From assembly GCA_013416795.1 (NCBI GenBank), contig RQSC01000004.1, positions 488,760 through 499,455 of the forward strand: DNA of 10,696 bases, read 5' to 3'. Under the pieces are notes generated by a model, which worked only from the letters and a program-made list of their open reading frames with translations, did no database searches and had not been told where the DNA came from. Origin of the DNA: Prasinococcaceae sp. CCMP 1430 (Eukaryota > Plantae > Prasinodermophyta). This document shows, piece after piece, positions 1 to 7,583 of the stretch (positions are counted from its first letter, which is position 1; every line of letters begins with the position of its first letter). A program made the translations under genes and the position numbers.

Positions 1-84
1 GCACGGCCCGCGACAGCGGCGCGGCGGCAGCGCAGCGCGCGGAGCGGCGGTTGAGGCGCGCGCGGACGTGCCAGGGGGGGCGCC

Positions 85-2294
85 ATGGACCCCAATGAGG
101 ACAACAAGGACGGAGAGGAGGACCCATCGCAGTGCGACGTGCCGCCAAGGGTACGCCGCGCGCACGCTGCGCCGATGGGAGGCTCGAGCTGCGTGCGAAA
201 GCCCGCCCCGCGCCCGCGCCCCTTTGAGACCTGCTGCGGCCTCCTGCTGCCCTCCGCGATGCGCGCCGCTCCGACACCCACACCCCGATGGGGTAAAGAA
301 GGGCGCAGGAGGAAGCTCCGGCAGTGTCCCCCCTCCCCCTTCCCCCCATCCCCTCGCTTGCGCGCCTGCCCGATGACGTCGCTGACCGAGCGCGCCCGCG
401 CGTGCTTTGCAGGTGCAAGTCGGGGGATCGCCTGTGTACGAGGTGAAGGAGAAGCTGGGCAAGGGCGGATTCGGGCAAGTGTACAAAGGCAAGCGGGCGA
501 GCACAGGAGCACAGGTGCGTTGTAGTGGCCACGCGCACGTCGGCCCACGCCGGGTTAGCCAGCGGGTGTGACAACCGCAGTCGCAGCCGCACTACGCCGC
601 GCGCGCGGCCGCTCCTGAAGCTCGCTGCGCGGTGCAGCGTCGCTGACCCCCGGGGCGCGGCCTCTCTGCGCCCGGCGTCCTGCCCGCACGCGCGTTTTTA
701 GGTCGCGCTCAAGTTCGAGCATCGCAGCAGCAAGGGGTGCAACTACGGCCCGCCGTATGAGTGGCAGGTGTACAACCAGCTGGGCGGCTCGACGCACGGG
801 ATCCCGCGGCTGCACTACAAGGGCAAGTACAACGAGTGGTACATCATGGTGATGGACATTCTCGGGCCCTCGCTGTGGGACGCGTGGAACAAGAACAACA
901 CCATGAGCAAGGAGATGGTCGCGTGCATTGCCATGGAGGCGATCGCGATCCTGCAGGCCATGCACCAGAAGGGGTACGTGCACGGTGACATCAAGCCCGA
1001 GAACTTCCTCTTCGGCTACGACGGCGACGCAGCGGCGCGGCGGCGCGTCTTTCTGGTGGACCTGGGGCTCGCCACGCGTTGGCGCGAAGCGCACTGCGGC
1101 ACGCACGTGGAGTACGACTGCCGGCCGGACGTCTTCCGCGGCACCGTGCGCTACGCCTCCGTGCACGCACACCTGGGGCGCACGGGCAGCCGCCGCGACG
1201 ACATGGAGTCGCTGGGCTACACGCTGGTGTTCCTGCTGAAGGGGCGGCTGCCGTGGCAGGGCTACCAGGGCGACAACAAGGGCTACCTCGTGTGCAAGAA
1301 GAAGATGGCCACGAGCCCGGAGGTGCTGTGCCGCTACCTGCCGAAGGAGTTCAAGACGTTTGTGGAGCACGTGGTCAACATGCGCTTCGACGAGGAGCCC
1401 AAGTACGCCTACCTCATGAGCCTGTTCGAGCCGCTGTGCACCGCCTCGCAGACGGTGGAGCGGCCGCTGGTGCTCACATCGGCTGCGCAGCGCATCAAGG
1501 TGGGCGCCAAGCGTTCGCGCGAGGAGGAGGAGGAGGACCAGCCTCGCAAGAAGACGCGCATTGGCATGCCCGCGACGCAGTGGATCACGGTGTACAACGC
1601 GCACAAGCCCATGAAACAGCGCTACCACTACAACGTGCAGGAGTCGCGCATCGAGCAGCACGTGCGCAAGGGCATAGAGGACGGCCTGTACATCAGCTGC
1701 GTGTGTTCGTCGATCAACCTGTGGGCGCTCATCATGGACGCGGGCACCGGCTTCACGTCGCAGCTGTGGAAGCTGAGCACGGCCTTCCTGCCCAAAGACT
1801 GGATCATGGAGCAGTGGGACGAGGGATACTACATCAGCGCCATCGCGGGCGCAGGGGACGGCAAGTCGCTCACGGTCATGAGCAAGGGGACGCAGTACAC
1901 GCAGCAGTCGTACAAGGTGAGCGACCAGTTCCCCTTCAAGTGGATCAACAAGAAGTGGAAGGAGGGCTTCTACGTGACCACCTGCGCGACCGCTGGCAAC
2001 CGCTGGGCGGTCGTCATGAGCCGCAACGCCGGCTTCATGGACCAGTGCGTGGAGCTCGACTTCCTGTACCCGTCCGAGGGCATCCACCGCCGCTGGGACG
2101 CTGGCTACCGCATCACGTCGTGCGCTGCGACGCCTGAGCAGGCCGCCTTCATTCTGTCAGTGCCGCGGCGCAGGCCGGGCGATGAGACTCAGGAAACGCT
2201 GCGCACGTCCGCCTTCCCGTCGACGCACGTCAAGGAAAAGTGGGCCAAGAACCTCTACATCGCGGGGGTCGCGAACGGCCGCACCGTGTGCTAG
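85..2294 (+). CDS. MLK: MUT9-like / MLK (PPK/AEL) plant-type casein kinase 1, 3 exons, ~586 aa
   Basis: Exons 85-150, 413-514 and 702-2294. Introns 151-412 (GTACG..GCTGAC 381..CAG) and 515-701 (GTGCG..GCTGAC 642..TAG) are both phase 0. The spliced protein reads [30 protein letters not shown]...[26 protein letters not shown]. It contains [36 protein letters not shown] and the MLK C-terminal domain ([20 protein letters not shown]...[16 protein letters not shown]). The ATG is in GCCATGG context with an in-frame TGA upstream at 52-54. Confidence 0.95.
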
Positions 2295-2325
2295 AGATAG
2301 AGAGAGAGAGAGGGAGGAGAGAGAG
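2293..2325 (+). repeat. imperfect (AG)n purine microsatellite starting at the kinase stop codon
   Basis: AGAGATAGAGAGAGAGAGAGGGAGGAGAGAGAG read directly from the sequence. Confidence 0.85.
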
Positions 2326-2400
2326 CGGCCGCGCGGAAACAGTGGATGAGCCTCTAGCGCGTCGTGGTCCTGGCCAGTCGTCCCCCCTCACTATCCTCGT

Positions 2401-2405
2401 TGTAA
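2401..2405 (+). promoter_or_regulatory. putative UGUAA polyadenylation signal of the kinase gene
   Basis: TGTAA lies ~107 nt after the stop, in a short AT-rich patch. UGUAA is the established near-upstream poly(A) element in chlorophytes such as Chlamydomonas. Confidence 0.55.
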
Positions 2406-2624
2406 TGTTACTGCCTCTTACGACCACGTGGGCGGGGTTGGGTGTTTGTGTGGGCGTGCGGGCGCGCGAGTCGTTCGTTGCACAGGACGGTCGCTGCAGG
2501 GCGGTGTGGCAGAGCGCGTGCGCAGGACTAGCGCGGCCAAGCGCCAAGTTCGAGCGGGGCAGCGCGGCGCAGGGCTGTGCGTGGCGGACCAGCGTGCAGC
2601 AGCGAAGGTACTCCTGTCATATTA

Positions 2625-3589
2625 TCAAGTCTGGCCCGCAACAGCGCCGCGTCGTCGCGCCCTGCCCGTGCGCGCGCGCTGTCAGTGTGGGCTCGACCGT
2701 GCGCCACGGGGGGGCGCGTGCGTGCGCGCTCGCGCTTACATGCAGAGAGCCCGCAGGTGGGCTGGGGAGGGCACTCGCAGACACGCGGGAAATCACGCGT
2801 ATCTCGGCCGTACCTGTCGAGCGCGGGCGCCATCCTCGCAAGGGCGCCTGCCCTTTCCGCCGCCGCGCATTCAAGCGCGCACGCGCGCGAACGCTCCATG
2901 GCAAGGGCGTCAAGCACGCGCGCGTGCTCGTCGCGCGAGGCCGCCAGGCGCGCGTTCGCCTCGCGCGCCGACGCTCGCGCGGAGGCAAGGAGCGCTCCCA
3001 AGGGCGCGATGTGTTTGTGCGCCTCAGCGGGGAGCTCCCGCAGGTCGCTCGCGAGCTGCGCCCCCACCAGCGCGGCGCGCGCCTCGTCGAGCTGCCGCTC
3101 GGCCCCTGCCAGAGCGCGCACGTCCCGCGCGTGTGCGGCAACCTCGTCCATGAGGGCCTGCGCGAGCGCCACCATGCGCTGCACCACCCCCTCCCCCGGC
3201 GATGCCAGCCGCACTGCCTCTTCCCTGCGCTGCGCGCGCTCGGCGGCCAGCGCCGCCTCAGCGCGCTCGGCACGTGCGCGCTCGGCACGCGCGTCCGCGA
3301 GCGCGGCCGCGAGGCGCGCGCATAGCGCGTCCGCCGCCTCGGCGGCCTCGCGGGACCTGCGCTGGCGAGCTTGCGCGCGCGCACGAGCTGAAGCGCGCGC
3401 ACGAGGGGAGCCATCATCGGACGCGTCCTCACTCTCGCCCTCGCTCTGTGAGGGCGTGGCGGGGTGGGCGCCGCGCGGGCGTACACGGGCTTGCGGACGC
3501 GCTGGCGCGGCGGGGCCCTTGCCTGCCTCGCGCGATGCAGCGCGGCCGCTACGCGCCCCGACCAGGGGGACAGCGGGACGCACGCGCAT
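2625..3589 (-). CDS. hypothetical Ala/Arg/Glu-rich coiled-coil protein (both ends uncertain)
   Basis: Open frame with heptad-like helical text (SREAAEAADALCARLAAALADARAERARAERAEAALAAERAQRREEA...RQLDEARAAL...AREANARLAASRDEHARVLDAL), preceded by an acidic/Ser patch (SQSEGESEDASDDGS). The likely intron 2813-2662 (CAG|GTACGG, CTGAC at 2685-2681, CAG) leads to RARRRGAVAGQT and tandem stops TGA TAA at 2627-2622. The ATG at 3589 is only one candidate start; the frame stays open further upstream. Confidence 0.5.
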
Positions 3590-4000
3590 AGTGCTCCCCC
3601 CGCCAGCCGCGCGAGCGCCCCCCCGCGGCGTCTGGCTGCCGCCGCCGGGGCTCGGGTGGCGTCGCCGCCGCGCCTGCCCGCGACACGCCGCGGCGTCGCC
3701 GCAGGCGACGCGGACGCGCGCATGTCGCGCGCACCGCCGACGCCTGGGGCGCGCGTGTGCCACCCGTGCCCCACACCCACACCCACACCAACCCACCCAC
3801 ATGCGCCCTCGCGAGCGCCCTCGGTGGGGGAACGGGCCAACAGTCGCCTGCCCGCGCGCGCGACGCAATGCGATTTGACCAGAGGTTAACTGCCGTAAGT
3901 TGTACTTACCCGTGGGTTATTGTATCGATATGTCTCATTTATAATCGACGCGATGAGGCGATGACGAAAAAAATCGAACAGCTCGCAGCTGGGGTCGCCG

Positions 4001-4040
4001 TGATGCGATGTGATGTGGTGTGATGAGATGTGATGTGATG
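4001..4040 (+). repeat. (TGATG)x8 imperfect pentanucleotide tandem repeat
   Basis: tgatg cgatg tgatg tggtg tgatg agatg tgatg tgatg. Confidence 0.9.
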
Positions 4041-4069
4041 TGGCGTTGCGCCTCCCGCCCCGCCTGGGC

Positions 4070-4093
4070 AAAAAAAAAAAAAAAAAAGAAAAA
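4070..4093 (+). repeat. poly(dA) tract A18-G-A5 in a divergent intergenic region
   Basis: Read directly from the sequence. Confidence 0.9.
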
Positions 4094-4245
4094 GTCTCGA
4101 ACGGGGAAGCACTTTTTTGGTGCACGCACGCAGCACCGCTCGGGGCGCCATACGCAGCGCGCGCGGCGCGCGCGCGGATGGGGCGTGTTCCCCACCCACC
4201 CCCGCTCCCCCTGCTGACGCGACACCCAAGCGCGGCGATTCGTTG

Positions 4246-6375
4246 ATGGCAGCGCCTGCGCCCCCTCACGGCGCGGGAGAGGCGCTGCTCGCGGCGCTGC
4301 CCGCCGCGCTCGCCGACCTGCCCGCCGAGTGGCGCGGCACGACGTTCGACAACTCGGCGCTGCTGGGCCGGGCGGAGTTCTCGAAGAGGCTGCTCGAGCT
4401 CGCGGGCCGCGGCGCGGGCGACGTCACGGCGGAGTCGCTTGCGGCGATCGGTAATGCGGAAGATTACCTGCGGGTGGCATCCAATGTCGCAACGATGCTC
4501 GAGACGGCACTCGCGGTCAAACGCGGCCTGCCCGCGGAGCACGTCTTCACCTTCGCCTCCACGCGCATGCCCGTTGCGGCTGCGCCCATCGCCACAAAAG
4601 CAAAGACGACAGTGTACTACGGCAGCGCCGCCGACGCGCCGCTCAACCCCATGGAGATTGAGCTCTTCAGCAGAGTCGGCGCCGACATCGAGTGTGTGGC
4701 GGGCATGCCTCCTGCGGCCGTGTCCGGCCTCGCGCTGGTGACCGAGGGCGCGCTGGGCGATCGCTGGACCGCAGCGTCGGTGCCCGCCAGCGTTGCTGGC
4801 GTCGTCTCGCCCGAGGCGCTCTACGTGACAGACCGCGCACTGCTGCCCCCGGCGGAGGTGCTCGTTGTGCGCAAACGCCTCGCCACACCGCTCACGACGC
4901 CCGCCGCTGAGCGCGCGCTGCAGGCGCTCGCGGGCGTGCCGCTCACCGCCGACGAGGAGCGCGCCGATACAGAGGCGGTGGCGGCCTTCGAGGCGCACTT
5001 GCAGACTATGAGTGGGACCGATGCGGACGCCACGCATCCGCCAGTGTCGTTCACCGCCGGACTGCCCGCGCTTTGCTCCGTGTGGACCGCCATGATCGCC
5101 ATGGGCGGCGCCGACGTGCTCATGTGCTCGACTGCGTACGGCGGCAGCAGCCAGATGACCGACTTGCTCGTTGAGCGCGTGCCCACGCTGCGCAAGCACA
5201 CGTTCGACATCCAGGGCGTGGGCACGTGCCTCTCGACGAGCATCAAGGACGCGCTCGACAGGCTTGCCCAGGACGAGGGCTCGAAGTCGATCCCTGCGAC
5301 GCTGCTGGCGGTCGAGATCCCCACAAACCCGGACATGAAGGTGCCCGACATGCGCGAGGTCGCCGAGATGCTCGCGGCGCATGGCACGGAAACTGGCAAG
5401 GACGTGTTGCTGCTGGTAGACACGACGTTCGCGCCCGCGTCGGGAGTGCTCGGCAAGCTCAGGGAGGCCTGCGACGGGTTGCCGGCGGTGGCGTTCGTGT
5501 CGATGTCAAAGAGCGTCTCGCGGGGTGTCACCACCGCGGGTGCGGTGGTGGCGAACCACACAGCCTACGCCCGCGATGTACTCAAGGGCGTGGCGGCGGT
5601 CGCGTCCGCATTCGACACCGGCGCTAGGCCTGACCAGGTGCAGCGCCTCGCAGCAAACCACGTCGGCGTCGAGGAGCGTTGCAAAAAGGCGTACGTTGAG
5701 TGCTCTGGACTCGTGCCGCAGCGCGCGCGGTGCGGTTGAGCGATGGGTGCGCGCGCTGTGCGCGCTTCACCTGACGCTCATTCTCGTTTGCGTGCGCGCT
5801 CGCCCGAACGCGCGCAGGTACGCGCACGCAGCGGCGGTGGGCGAAGGGCTGGTGGCCGCAGTCAAGTCTCACACCGGTGAGGACATGCCGTTGGCTTTCG
5901 TGTCGCCGGCCTCGGCGGCGATCGCTTTCACCACGAGCACGTTCAGCTTCAATCTGCCCGCGCCCGCAGGCGCGGATGCGGCCACCTGCGAGGCGCTTGC
6001 GCAGCGCTTCGTCGACCTGCTGTGCGCACACGCCGGCGAGTTCAAGCCATGCGTCAGCTTCGGGCAGGACAACGGACTGGTTTACGCCACCGTGCCTGCC
6101 ACCTCGACGCAGGGCGCCATCAGGGCCGAGGACAAGGTGCGTCGCATCTTGCATCGGCGGGTCGCGCCGCCGCTCGCGTGCGCGTGAGCTGTGCGCGAGC
6201 TGCGCGCGTGGCGTGCTCCGCGTGCTGACGCAGACTCCTCACCCACCACGGGCGCTGGCAGGCCAAGCAGGCCGTGGGCGGCGTGCAGCTCGTGCGCCTC
6301 TCTTTCCCCGTGACGTGCGACACGGCCGCCGTCAGCGAGATCGTCGCCGACGCCATCGCCGCCGTGTACGCGTGA
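4246..6375 (+). CDS. Cys/Met metabolism PLP-dependent enzyme (cystathionine gamma-synthase / beta-lyase / gamma-lyase superfamily), long form, 3 exons, ~625 aa
   Basis: Exons 4246-5690, 5818-6136 and 6262-6375. Introns are 5691-5817 (GTACG, CTGAC 5771, CAG; phase 2) and 6137-6261 (GTGCG, GCTGAC 6224, CAG; phase 0). Fold-type I motifs appear in the expected order: SFTAGLPAL, AYGGS, VEIPTNPDMKVPD, LVDTTFAP, VSMSKS (predicted PLP Lys at 5509-5511, residue ~422), SFGQ and the C-terminal VRLSFP. The exact reaction cannot be assigned. Confidence 0.85.
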
Positions 6376-6508
6376 GCCTCCGCGTGGGTGATGCCCTCCA
6401 CGCCCGCGTGCACGCGCTCGCGCGCAAGGACACGCGCACGCGCCTGGGGAGCATCGGCCGATGGCACACGCGCGGGCGCCTGCCCGTGCGTGCTAATATA
6501 GCAGCGTA

Positions 6509-6513
6509 TTACA
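6509..6513 (-). promoter_or_regulatory. putative UGUAA polyadenylation signal of the PLMT gene
   Basis: TTACA on + is TGTAA on -, ~100 nt downstream of the TGA at 6614-6612. The TGTAAT context matches the site at 2401. Confidence 0.55.
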
Positions 6514-6611
6514 TTCCCGCGGGTCGCGACGTTGCGCGCGCTCAGGGCGCACTGCGCGCCCGGGCGGGGGGGCGGCTGTGTGGAGGGAATGGGGGGAGCG
6601 CGCGCGCGCGC

Positions 6612-6921
6612 TCAGTCGCGGCGCGCCTTCGCACGCCTCGTGCCGGCGGCCGCGCCGGCGCGGCCGGTCGCCTTGACCACCTTGTCGGCCTCGGCAGGCG
6701 CAGCGATCGACCACGACCCGGCCTTGGAGAGGTCCGCGGTGGCTCCGTCGATGTAGGTCTCCACAATCGACGTGATGACGTACAGCATGCAGTGGTATGC
6801 CGCCATGCCGCCCACCAGCTCGCGCTCCACGCCCGCGCCGAGGCCAGCGCCCGCCGCCGCGCCCGCCGCCGGGTACATCAGCGTGCCAACGCCGAGCACG
6901 ACACTGCGCGCGCGCGTGTGC

Positions 6922-6958
<37 letters not shown>

Positions 6959-7583
6959 CTCGTCGCACTGGTGGGACTCGGTGACGACGCGACGCAAGGG
7001 CGCGCGTGTGGGGGCTACCATCGCTGCCTCCTCTGGCACCGCTGCAGGCGCAAGGCGCAGGCGAAGGCGCGGGCGCGGGCGCAGGCGCGCACAGGCGCGC
7101 GCAGGCGCGTGCGCGCGCATGGGGATGTGGGAGGGGGCGGGGGGCGGCGCGGCACCGCCGCGCCACGCACAGGATGGAGCCCAGGTACTGGGGGTGGGGG
7201 AAGACGTTGAAGGGGTAGCCCTCGACCCAGGGGATGACGGCGCCGAACCTGTTGCCGTAGTACACGCCCACGGCGCCCAGCGTCGTGTACACGGCGTGGT
7301 TGAGGCTGCCGCCCGAGCAGAGGAGCACGGCGGCCGCCGCGAGGCGCGTAGCGCCCGCGCGGCTGAAGGTGGACACGAGCAGCCTGCCGACGTCGCCCGA
7401 CTCATCGCCCTCGATGGTGATGAGGTACCAGCGCAGGTAGAAGAGCAGCTGGATGACCTTCATGCCCACTGCGAGCGTCGCGAACTGTTTGGCGATCGCC
7501 ACGGGGCCGTGGCGCGCCGCGCCGGACGCGCGCGCGAACGCCGTCGGCCGCGTCCACACGAGCGCGTACACGGCGTGCGGCAT
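6612..7583 (-). CDS. PLMT: phospholipid (phosphatidyl-N-methylethanolamine) N-methyltransferase, PEMT family, 2 exons, ~234 aa
   Basis: Exons 7583-7171 and 6903-6612. Intron 7170-6904 (GTGCG, GCTGAC at 6959-6954, CT tract, CAG) is phase 2. Family motifs: LNHAVYTTLGAVGVYYGNRFGAVIPWVEGYPFNVFPHPQYLGSIL/VVLG, plus a late Glu in YVITSIVE. The start codon is somewhat uncertain. Confidence 0.9.
6924..6954. repeat. (GA)15 microsatellite within the PLMT intron, read as (CT)n on the sense strand
   Basis: Read directly; it lies between the branch-site motif and the 3' splice site. Confidence 0.95.

Noticed and set aside
555-2087. 510-aa minus-strand ORF
   Set aside because: Antisense shadow of the kinase CDS. 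Strong G/C bias at third codon positions removes stops from the opposite strand, and the ORF has no recognisable motifs.
710-2556. Repeated 11-mer CAAGTTCGAGC (710-720 and 2546-2556), B-box-like
   Set aside because: One copy is kinase coding sequence, there is no tRNA fold or A box, and chance is a sufficient explanation.
2240-3889. Several long Arg/Ala-rich plus-strand ORFs (361, 241, 433, 129 and 141 aa)
   Set aside because: Low-complexity GC-driven frames opposite the coiled-coil gene, with no domain signal.
4051-4098. Alu/SINE-like look (GCCTGGGC, poly-A, GTCTC)
   Set aside because: Matches are only 5-8 nt, and no Pol III A/B boxes are present upstream.
3886-5561. 498-aa and 246-aa minus-strand ORFs
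   Set aside because: Antisense to the PLP enzyme, which carries the conserved motifs.
151-7170. Introns as members of one introner family
   Set aside because: They share only the GT(A/G)CG donor and CTGAC branch motifs; their lengths and bodies are unrelated.
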